NCBI RefSeq assembly: GCF_009914755.1
Contig: NC_060941.1
Length of the DNA: 64,000 nucleotides
Source: the human T2T-CHM13v2.0 reference genome, Homo sapiens
Direction: 5' to 3' (one strand)
Below are positions 1 through 12,029 of the stretch, in pieces. A program made the translations under genes and the position numbers. Below the pieces are notes generated by a model. It was not told the DNA's origin. It made no database searches and saw nothing but the letters and a program-made list of their open reading frames with translations. Each line of letters opens with the position of its first letter. Position 1 is the first letter of the stretch.

Positions 1-238
<238 letters not shown>

Positions 239-310
239 CCTGTCAAAAATATTTAATCTGAATCTAATGATAAGTGGGGAAAATCAAGATAGTTTTTTAA
301 AAGGCACCTT

Positions 311-706
<396 letters not shown>

Positions 707-1211
707 TCAGCAGCCTCAGTGAGAGAAGGGAGGGCCAGTTCTTGAGGCCAGCAGCAGAAAGCCCCAAGCCTTGGTTTCGGGCCGAGTCCCCAAGGTGTGT
801 CCAGAGACAAGTCTCCTTCCTTCCTGTGCCTCCACAACCCACTGCCAAGCAGGCAATCATGAAAACAAGGGACGGGTTTCAAAAGTGCACAGATTCCTTA
901 TTTTGTATTCCAATTATTCTTATTTCAACAAATCACAGTCATCACAGTCCATCTTTATGTTACTGAATAATGCAGTCCATGAAAATTTCAATCAAATTTA
1001 ATGATAAATTAACTATGACATTAAAGTAAATTGAGCATTAAGAATGATGGAACGAGTAGAGTTGTGGGTACTCAGAGGCGGGTCTGAATGCTTCTGGAGT
1101 GGCCTGCCCTGCGGGCATCTCTCCCCTTTCCATCGTCTTTCCTCACTCAAACTGCTCTTGGCCTTGCCCTCTTGTCGGGGAAACACTTCCCTACAAAGAA
1201 AGGACTTTCCT

Positions 1212-1528
1212 GGCCAGGTGCGGTGGCTCATGCCTGTAATCCCAGCACTTTGGGAGGCCGAGATGGGTGGATCACCTGAGGTCGGGAGTTGGAGACCAGC
1301 CTGACCCACATGGAGAAACCCCATCTCTACTAAAAATACAAAATTAGCCAGGCTTGGTGGCGCATGCCTATAATCCCAGCTACTTGGGAAGGCTGAGGCA
1401 GGAGAATCGCTTGAACCTGGGAGGTGGCGGTTGCGGTGAGCCAAGATTGCGCCATTGCATCATTCCAGCCTGGGCAACAAGAGCAAAACTCTGTCTCAAA
1501 AAAAAAAAAAAAAAAAAAAAAAAACAAG
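1212..1528 (+). mobile_element. AluSp-like
   Basis: Alu dimer with GGTCGGGAG and ATGGAGAAAC diagnostics; TSD AAGAAAGGACTTTCC. Confidence 0.9.
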
Positions 1529-1854
1529 AAGAAAGGACTTTCCCATGTCAGGAAGAGGCTTGGCCAAAACGTGGGGCAGGCAGGAGGAGAAATGGGTCTT
1601 GGCCAGTCTTGTTCCCCCCAGAATCTTCCTGAGTTGACTTACCCTCAGAGTGAGGATGCCACCGTGCACCCCAGCAGGCCTGTGCAGACAGACTGCTAGC
1701 CGGAAGAGGAGACGGTACCAAGGACAGCCCCTTCAATGATGCATCCTGGCTGGCTCCAAGCCAACCACCTAAAAGGCCATGGAAGTCCTGAGGAGGACTG
1801 AGACCCACCTAAGTACCACTCAGTCCCCTTCTTGTCCCAGAGTCGAGGATGAAC

Positions 1855-1983
1855 ATGCCTCAGAGTCACCTAGAGGACATGGGTTGCTGGGTCCCACCCC
1901 CCACTGTCTGATTCAGGAGCTCTGGATGGGGTCTGAGCTCTCAAGTGATGCTGAAGGTCCAGGGACCACACTTTGAGAACCAG
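1855..1983. mobile_element. MER5A (hAT-Charlie) fragment
   Basis: Ends with ...GGACCACACTTTGAGAACCAGC, typical of the MER5A terminus. Confidence 0.65.
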
Positions 1984-2100
1984 CATTCGTGATCCATTTA
2001 GCAGGGACAGGGACAGCCCCTGGGGGAGACCTTGTGCCCACCACAATGGAAGACACACAGATAAACAAGCCACAGAGCCCTGCTCTTAAGATCCTACATG

Positions 2101-2992
<892 letters not shown>

Positions 2993-3922
2993 GTTGGGGC
3001 AGAAGAGTAAAGGCAGTAGAATGTGAGGACTCATTAAGGACTCATCACCCTGCTGCTTCTGCCACTCCTTGAGGATACCAGTCCTCAGATGGAGCCCCGA
3101 GGTGCCTGCCACTGTCTCTGTCCTCTCTCATTTTGGGATTTCTCCCTCCCAGGAAGCCCACTGGGATTTCTCCAAATCCTCACTCCTGCAGGGGAGCCCT
3201 GACTCAGGCACCCTCTTTAGGGCTTTGCATGTATTCTCATTTCATCTTCCCAGCAACTCCACAGGGGAGGAAGAACAGCCTCATCGTATATGAGGAAACT
3301 GAGGATCACAGAAGCGAGGTATCCGAATCCAGATCCAGCTGACTGCAGAGCTCCAGCCTCGACCACGAAGCTATGTGATGGGCTATTTGCTCGTTCACTT
3401 TCCATTCGAACATCTGTTGAAAGGCTGCTCAGTGCCACGTGCTACGCTAGCTCTTCCCAGCAAGCTGCATGCATACATTTGTAATGATATTTCTCGTGAT
3501 GGTTTATTTAATGTTTCTCCTCCTTGCCAGACAGCCTGTTCTACAAGGGGATGGGGACCATCTTTTCCCTGCCATTTCCCTCCTGACTGGTGCAGTGTTG
3601 GGTACATAGTGGGTGCTCAGGAGATGTTTCTTGGTGCAGTGGCCGGAGGCTAGGAATGTAAGGCATCATCTCTGCTCTCAACAGTTCCGTAAATAAGTCA
3701 CTGTAATTCTTTGGGATAAACCTGCCAGTGGAGTAAGCCTGAGGTGCTGAGGTTACTGGAAGGACTGAGGGTCCAGGGGAGGAATCTTAGATTTAGGTAA
3801 TAATAGTAGGGCCCAGGCAGACAGAGGGGTGGGAAGGTGAGAAGGGTACTGCAGGAAGGGAAAGGACTCAGGATGAGAGGATATGCCCTACAGGTGGGGA
3901 CCGCGTTGCTCGGTTTGGCTGA

Positions 3923-3990
3923 GCTGTGTCCCACTGCGTACCCCTCAGAGAGCTTCTGGGAGGCAGCCCTTGTGCTTCTGGCTGCTCCTG
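3923..3990 (+). repeat. Left arm of 68-bp inverted repeat (non-TE sequence)
   Basis: Reverse complement of 5685-5752 at 67/68 positions (mismatch 3970/5705). Confidence 0.97.
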
Positions 3991-4320
3991 AGTCAGGGAG
4001 TAGACAAGACTGAGCTGAGAGGGGGTCTTGCAGGGGTGCCAAGGTCTGTCCTGAAGGCAGCAGGACAGCGGGGGCCACAGAAGCACCCTGCAGGAGAGTA
4101 ACAATTAATCAGGCTGTTGTCTGGGGTGAGCACCCCCACTACAGCATAGAGGATGCACTGGAGGGAGAACGTGACTGTGGCCATCAGGGCAGTCTGCAGT
4201 GATGGGGGATGGGGGGTGGGGGGTCATGATAGCAGCTGGGAGCAGCATAGTCAAGAGGGGATTAGAAGAAGCCTGGGATACTCTACAGGTAGCCCTTGAC
4301 AGCACCATGAAGTCAATTCA

Positions 4321-4545
4321 GTGATGCCCATCCAGGGACAATTTTTCCCCCACCCCAGAAACATCTAGCAACGTGGAGACATTTTTGGTTGTCACAGCTG
4401 TGTGGGGTCGAGGGTGGATGCTATTAGCCTCTGGTTGGTAGGGGCCAGGGAAGGTGATACATATCTACAATGCACGGGACAGCTCCCCACAACAAAGTGC
4501 TATCCAACCCAAAAGATCAATGGTGCTGAGGCTGAGAAACCCTGA
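4321..4545. mobile_element. MER20
   Basis: GGAGACATTTTTGGTTGTCACA...CTACAATGCACGGGACAGCTCCCCACAACAAAG...GCTGAGAAACCCTG. Confidence 0.75.
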
Positions 4546-5149
4546 GTTGACTGACCTGGGTGGAGAGGAAGCATGTTTCCATCCATTGGGATGGAAGATG
4601 GAAGAACAGTCCCTTCGGAGAGAGGGAGGCAGTGGCAGCAGAGGGGCATGGTGAGAGGTGTGTGCGCGCAGATGTCCTGGAAGCAACTGGAGCCTCGATG
4701 TTTATTTGCAATGGTCTAGTGCAACCTCATGCACAGATGAGGAAACTGAGACACAGAATGTTTAATTCTAGTTCACTATAAGTGGCAGAGCAGGGTCCAG
4801 AACCAGCTTCCTAATTCCTGGGCCACCACTTTTATCCTTGCTGTGTCCTTCTGTGACATCCAGACCTCAAAGTCAAGGCTCCTAGGTCCCTGGATCAGAA
4901 GGGCTGAGAGGGCCACACAGCTCCACCCTGCGGTGCTCCAAAGCCCAAGGAGGGAAGAGAAGGTGGGACAGGACTTTCCGCATGTGGATTCCTGTCCTCC
5001 CCCCGGTTACATTTTCCTGATGGTTAATACCAGGGTCCAGCTACACCTCTGGAAAGACCTCATCCTCCTCCCAAGGCCTCCCAGGCATAGCAGGAGCTTC
5101 ACTGCCATCCTAAAGATCCACTTTCTGTTTGTTCAACAAAAGCAAATAA

Positions 5150-5375
5150 TGTGCCAGCCACAGTTCTCAGCGTTTTACACGTATTAGCTCATTGAATCCT
5201 CACAACAGCCCTGCAAGGCAGGTGCTATTATTATCCCCATTTTACAGATAAGGAAACTGAGGCACAGAGAGGCTAAGTCACTTATGCAAGATCACACAGT
5301 TTGTGCATGGAATAGGTGGACCCAGGCTCTGAACCCACGCAAGCCGGCTTCAGTCTAGGCTCTTAGCCTCTGTCA
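5150..5375. mobile_element. MIR (inside the inverted-repeat loop)
   Basis: Core ATTATCCCCATTTTACAGATAAGGAAACTGAGGCACAGAGAGG. Confidence 0.85.
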
Positions 5376-5684
5376 CACTACCTTTCCAACACACTGAGGT
5401 ATAAATGTGCCAGGTCCCCACCAAAGGCAGGGGCTCAAAAAGGAAGGGTGCTCAAGAGGGAGCCAGAGAGGGGCACGCCTCCCCGTGTGTACTGCTCAGG
5501 GCAAGTTCCAGCAGGCAGTCCCACCCTCACTTCCCCCGAGACCAGTGTCCTCAACAAAGCCGCGTCTTCGCTCTTGCACCAACTCTGTTTTCTCCAACCC
5601 TCAGGTAAATGGAGTGACACCCCCATCGCTCCCCAGCTGCTGGGGTCCACTGTGCAGCTGGGGTTCCTGCAGGGCTTTTCCGCA

Positions 5685-5752
5685 CAGGAGCAGCCAGAAG
5701 CACATGGGCTGCCTCCCAGAAGCTCTCTGAGGGGTACGCAGTGGGACACAGC
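5685..5752 (-). repeat. Right arm of 68-bp inverted repeat (non-TE sequence)
   Basis: Reverse complement of 3923-3990. The ORF track shows the same peptides on opposite strands (QEQPEA[Q/H]GLPPRSSLRGTQWDTA). Confidence 0.97.
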
Positions 5753-6864
5753 AGCCAGAAAACCACCTGGCTGAGGTGTGAGAGCCACTGAACACACGTG
5801 TGACCAAGGGGGCTGACATACGGAGGCCCCAAGGCATGCCCCTCCCCTAAGTCCTGGCCCAGCAGGAGCCTGTGGGGAACAGAGGCCACAGGCTTCTTGC
5901 ACGGCCTGTTTGACCACCTTGCCTGCAGCAGAGAAGGGAAAATGGTTTGACAACTGAGGGTTCAAGTCCAACAGGCTCTGAATTTTCTCCCAGAGGAAAG
6001 CTGATCTGGGAGGGTATGGGAGAGGAACAAGCCAGCCCCGGAGCTCTGTGGAACAGAGAAGAAGAGTAGACAGGACCCCAAGGGTTCACCTCCAGCCCCT
6101 ACCCCGGGTTCTGTGGCTACGCTGGGAAGCCCTGAAGCTGAGGACCACAGGTGTCCCCAAATTCCTCTTTCCAGGTGAGAGTGTGGCCGGGTGGCTTTGC
6201 TGTCATCTTTTCTGAAACCCTCTAGATTCAGACGCGTTCATGCTCCTGCCAAGGGCTGTGAGCTGCCATGAGCACCCGTCACTCCCAATCAAACAGCACA
6301 CTCCACCTGCCAGCCCCACACCAGGGACAGCGGAAACAAGACCCAGCAAGGCTGCCAGCCCCTGCCCGTTGCTGTCAGGGGGCCCATGTGTCTGTCCCCT
6401 GAAAACCCATAGCCTGGGGAAAAAGGAGCGTCAGAATCCAGCTCCATTCTTTCTCTGGATCCACCACCCTTTGCTGCCCAGGCCTGGAAATTTCTGCTCT
6501 GCGGGATCAGACGGCACGGGAAGCGGCTCACCTCATCCCTACACACCACAGAAAAGGAAGTTCACGCCCCAGCCTCCTGAGACCTGAGCCATCCCTTTCC
6601 CCCTGAGCATCTCCTTCTTGGGAAACCATGAACTCTGGAGGATCAGAACCCAGAGGAAGAGGCTGGGCATGGGAGAGCGGTGTTGTGTGGAAGGGAAAAG
6701 GCACCAAGGCCTGGAGACCTGTGGGCCAAGGCCAGGTGGTACACCGGGAAGTGTCCTGGGCCGGCAGCCAGGAGACCTGGGTTCAAGTCCTGGGCTCTGC
6801 TCCTCACTTGTTTTGTGACCTCTGGCCAGTCGCTCCTTTGCTCAGTTTCTTTGGCAAAAAGTTC

Positions 6865-7010
6865 TCCAAGGCATGAGTGTTTACTTAAAACCTCTGGGGA
6901 ACACTGGCTCAAATGCAGATTTTCCAGTCTGGCCCCAGAGAAAACAACTGAAGGTCTGGGGTGCCATCCAGGAATCTGCATTTTAAAAAAGGTCTTGGAG
7001 GCTTGAGAAT
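6865..7010. mobile_element. MER5-family fragment
   Basis: AAATGCAGATT...GGAATCTGCATTTTAA motifs. Confidence 0.55.
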
Positions 7011-7619
7011 ACAATTTGCAGACTCCCTCATGAGAAGCAATGATATGGCTCAGCAGGAAGCGACAGGGAAGGCAGGGATGGGCGAGGTGTGCTGCCCATC
7101 AGGGGCCCAACAAGGGCCGCCGTCAGCCCCCTCCGGCCACACCCGAAGCCCTGGCTGTAAGATGGACTCCAGCAGGTGCCCCACCCTGTGGCCTGGGCAC
7201 CATCACTAAGCGCCTTTAAGGCAACCCTCCACGACATAACACTCTGCTTTTCACTTTGCATTTTTGTTTTTCTTCTAGAATTCAAATATGTCTCCCACTC
7301 CGACCTCCCCCCCTTTCTCCTCCCCCTCCTTTTTATGTATTTCAGAAGACTCTGGAGAGCTCCTGCTGTGCCCCAGCATTCTGGGGCATTTTGTGACAAT
7401 TTGAAGATGGGGACTGTACCCTCTGGAACTCTGCACCTGAGCCTGCCCACACCCCCTACCCACCAGCTCCATCAACTCCACCGGTAACAGGGAGGCTGCT
7501 GCTACCCCACAGTCCAAGCAGGCTGAGTCGTTCTGCCCAGCCCTTGGAGACACCGTCCATCAGCACAGGGCATTCCAAAGGAGCTCATGACACAAGGAAC
7601 CCAAGCCAGCTCCAGAAGG

Positions 7620-7960
7620 GGCACTGTGGTAAGGACATAGATTTCAAATCCTGATACTTCCCAGCTGGGTGACCGTGAGCAAGGTGCGGCTCTGTGCCTC
7701 AGTTTCCTCATCTGTAAACAGGGTGATGAGTGTGCACAGAGCACTTACTATATGCAGGCTCTGTTCTAAGTGCTTTCCATGGATGGACCCATTTAGTCCC
7801 TACACCATCCCTAAGGCAGAGACCACCCACTACCCCCCATTTCCCCACTTGACAGTTATTGACTGAGACGGGAAGAAGTCAAGAAACTTGCCCCAGGCTG
7901 TTGCACTGTCATTAATATAACCGACACTCTGGCCTCAGAGTCCACGTTCATCATCGTTAT
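7620..7960. mobile_element. Two adjacent MIR fragments in opposite orientation
   Basis: CTCTGTGCCTCAGTTTCCTCATCTGTAA core followed by an oppositely oriented MIR-like segment. Confidence 0.6.
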
Positions 7961-8931
7961 ACTATATTGATTCCACGACTGACACTTCATATAGCTAATG
8001 GACAATTAAATGAGCCACTTGGATCACTACATGTGCATAATAAGTGCACACAAAAGTTGCAGCAATTGTTATTGTTAATTGTTTACCTACACTTTTTCTC
8101 CCAAAGCAGGATGTGCAGCCTGGACGAAGCAGGGAAATGCACCCACTCTTGGTTTTGTCTCCACAGGGGTGGTCGGAATGGCTCAGAGCTGTGTGAGTTG
8201 GAGCCTAAGAGAGCAATACCCCGTTCCCTGCTCTCCTGCCCTTGTGCCAAAATAGCAAACCTGCGACCACACTTCTCAGGCCTGTGCCCCTCAGGGGGCA
8301 ATGATGTCCAGCCCCAGCTGCCCCAAACACAGGGCTGAGGAGCAGAGGTGGAGTGTGGGGCTCCCCTTCATCTCTGCATGGGGGTGGGTGGGGTGGGCTC
8401 CCCCTCATCTCCACATGGGGTTGGGCATCTCGAAGCGCCCTGGGAGGCAGGCTGGCCACTCTAGGCAGAAGCTGCCTGCTCCCCTCAGGGACTCCTAGGA
8501 ACTCTATTCTTAGGACGCTTTCTCTTGCTTTTTACTTTGACATCTTCCAGAAGTTACCCCGCACAAAAGCAACCCTGCCGTGGCTGTAATTTACACGTCA
8601 CATCACTTGCGCTGAGCACAGTCCACCCACTTCAACCCACTCCCGCACGCATACCTTCCCCTCCTGCCCTGAAAAAACGGCTTCTGCATCATCCCAGCCA
8701 TCCTCCTTCCACTTGTTCACCAGGAGAGAAGTGAAATGTGAAATTGACAGGAGAAGGGGAGGTGGGAGGGGCATGTGGATGGGGAACTTGAGTGAAATCC
8801 GAGCTTTGGAACTTCCCCGTTTCCAGGTTGGGCATCACTTCTGCTTGGCGGTCCACATCGCCATGGCAACAGCCCAGCCAAATGCCCCAGCTCGCAGCCC
8901 ACCCTGAGGGCGCCCCTCGGGAGCCACTTAC

Positions 8932-8985
8932 TGTGATGGTGTTTTCCTTGCTCTGCTTTTTGCTTGGCGATGAGGATCCCAGGTT
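8932..8985 (-). CDS. GAS7: GAS7 coding exon (54 nt, phase 0-0; exon 5 of the long isoform)
   Basis: Acceptor TTCTTGCCTCTCTCCCCAG| and donor ACA|GTAAGT. Translates NLGSSSPSKKQSKENTIT, continuing in frame from ...GDSQ. The next (F-BAR) exon was not found in the window and should lie below position 1. Confidence 0.96.
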
Positions 8986-9036
8986 CTGGGGAGAGAGGCA
9001 AGAAACATCGTCAAAGCTGTTCTCCATATTGGACAT
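8932..9036 (-). CDS. GAS7: Coding part of the alternative first exon of the short GAS7 isoform (no SH3/WW): MSNMENSFDDVSCLSPQNLGSSSPSKKQSKENTIT
   Basis: ATG at 9036-9034 is in frame with the 54-nt exon. The N-terminus matches the recalled short GAS7 isoform and uses the same donor (intron starts at 8931). Confidence 0.88.
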
Positions 9037-9600
9037 TTTTTCCCCCCATTCAGGTTCCCTGAGGGTGGAGGCGCTGGGGAATCAGGGATGCTCAGTCTGA
9101 ATCCTAAGTCACCATATTCTGGGCCAGGGCAAGCAGGGGTCTCCCTGACCCCACGCTGTTCCCACGCCCAGCTCTCGGGCTGAAGGCGAATTAAGGAAGC
9201 CTCCTGCACAGGCTCTGAGAGAACTGCTCCAAACCAGGTCTCCCCTCCTCTTCTCTCAGTCTGTGATTTGGGGAGTTAACCCCTCCGCTGCCCTCTGCTG
9301 GTGAACGTTCCGCGTGCCGCTTGCTGCCTGAAGCCGCGGAATCCACTGGGGAGAAGAGAGTTAAGGCCACCACCTCCTGGCACTGAGGAATCAGCACACG
9401 ACATTTTATTCTGAAACCCCCCGGGTCCAAAACGTCAAACCTAAATACACACAATGTGCACTGGGGCGCTGCTCGGTCACCTCCCTGACTCCCCGCTCCC
9501 CCAACCCCGTGAGCCAGGAGGGATTTCTCAGCCAAACCGACTTCCAGCTTCCACTCAGTCTTTATATTGCCTTTTGATGTCTTCCACCGCCAGTAAGAAA
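9037..9600 (-). promoter_or_regulatory. Putative internal promoter / 5' UTR of the short GAS7 isoform
   Basis: No recognisable repeats, locally CpG-enriched (9280-9520), directly upstream of the isoform ATG. Minus-strand TATAAA at 9566-9561. The TSS cannot be determined from sequence. Confidence 0.55.
9287..9303 (-). promoter_or_regulatory. CTCF consensus motif
   Basis: Minus strand reads CACCAGCAGAGGGCAGC, an exact match to CCASYAGRKGGCRS. Confidence 0.7.
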
Positions 9601-9742
9601 ACCAGAGTCCCAAGTACCTCTGAGCCTGGGGTCCTCAGCAGTTTGCCAAAGTCCTGGGATCGTTCTGGCAGAGAAAATTAAGGACTGCCAGTGCAAAATG
9701 CTACACGTGTCCTAAGAGCCTACGACTCCAAAGAATGTTTGA

Positions 9743-10267
<525 letters not shown>

Positions 10268-11966
10268 TAGATAAAGGCCAGAAAAAGGATGGAGGGGCTT
10301 CAACAAGAAGGAACCACCGGCTTGGAGTGGGGGGCACCCCGCCCCTCAGGCCAGCACGACCCTGGACACCTGGCCAAATGACCATCTGCAGGTGAGGGCG
10401 AGCCTTTGCCTCAGAAACCCGTCAGCAAATTAGGCAAACCAGGGAGCTTGACTATGCCCCTGCTAAGGTCGCATACCCTTACTCCCATACAGTCTTACTT
10501 GGGTTGCTAATTAAAGTCAACTCAGGAAAACTGATATCCTTAAGGTGTCTAGCAAAAATGAACCTTACAGAGCATTAATTTCACAGACAAGAAAATGATT
10601 ACTAGCCTTGAGACCCTGGCCAGAGAATCTGACTTCTTTGAGCCTCAATTTCTCCATCTGTCAAATGGATGGTTATCACTGGTCCTCAAGCTTTGAGGTG
10701 CATCAGAATCAACTGAGGAAAAAGTGTCCAAAATAGAGTCCCAGCTGCACTCTCAGCTGCTGGGCCTGATCCAGCAGGTCCCAGGTGGTGCCAGCACCTC
10801 TGATTTGCAGAATCTGTGGACCTCACTCAGAGATACATGGATCTGATCTACACTGTGGTTTCACTGAGGTACCTCTACTTATGGCAACTCCTCTAGTGAC
10901 CCCAACGGGCTCCTGGCCAACGTCAACTTTATGGCCAACTACAGCTTCCATAGACATTTTTAGTGCATCATCTCATCCAGCTGGCCCACCCTATACCTTC
11001 CCACTTGACAAAACTGCACAGGGAGAAAGGCAGACGGAGGCTACATGGCAGGAGGTACCAGTCACCAAGGAGAAGAGACAGGGATAGAAGTCTCTCTCTC
11101 CATAGGTTCATTCACGTACAGACTCTAGCCAAGCAAATACATGGCAGGAAGGGGAAAGAGTAGCCTATGGGATGGATTCTGCAGTCTGCAGGAGTCTGTC
11201 TTCCTGTCATGGACACATTACCACCATCACCACCGCGTTCCCACTGCAGCCCCCCAGAGAGGGGAACCAGCACTCCAGCAGCCTTGGCAACAGCCTTCGA
11301 GTCTGCCTATGGATGCTGATGATGTTGGTGATGAGGGGGCTAAGGGGAGAAGCAGTGCAAGAGCGACTGTCTACTGAGTGCTTGCTTATTACGGCAGGCT
11401 CCAGGTTAGCCATCTGACATATTTAATCTCATTTCATCCTTACAACCCCAGCAAGTTAAATGGCATCAACTCCATTTTGCAGATCATGAAATTGGGGCTT
11501 GCAGAAGTAAAACTGTCCAGGGTCACAAGGCTATAGTAAACAGAGGAGTGGAAATTAGAATCCAAGCCTGCATAACTCTTTCCTCTATCTTCCGCCATCT
11601 CTCCACTTTGAGACCTGAGACAATATTTTGTTTTCCATGTGTCTTTGCAGGAAGGCAAAAAAGATTTCCATCAACCACAAACATATATTTTGGGACCACT
11701 GTGTATAAATCTCTGTAGAATAAGGCTTGACGCAGAGGTCGCACCTCCTCCTTATAACTTGGCTAGGATAGGAATACAAGTAATGGCATTGAGGTTGGGT
11801 GTTCCACGTGTTAGGTGTCAGCACCTTCCCTGGTCTCTGTTCTATTAGCAGTGTTTTACTTCAACCACTGAGGGCCAAGGTAGATCACAGGCAATCTCAG
11901 GCTCTGCCTGTGCTGCTGATAACCTGTGCCTACTGCTCCAACTTCATATACATATCACGTGCATTT

Positions 11967-11967
<1 letters not shown>

Positions 11968-12004
<37 letters not shown>

Positions 12005-12013
12005 ACACACACA
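11968..12013. repeat. (CA)n microsatellite
   Basis: About 16 uninterrupted CA units plus a short interrupted tail. Confidence 0.95.
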
Positions 12014-12029
12014 CTATCATAATTCTCCA

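Noticed and set aside
4735-7720. Shared peptide QMRKLRHR on opposite strands suggesting a second inverted duplication
   Set aside because: Both are the MIR core sequence, unlike the 68-bp arms.
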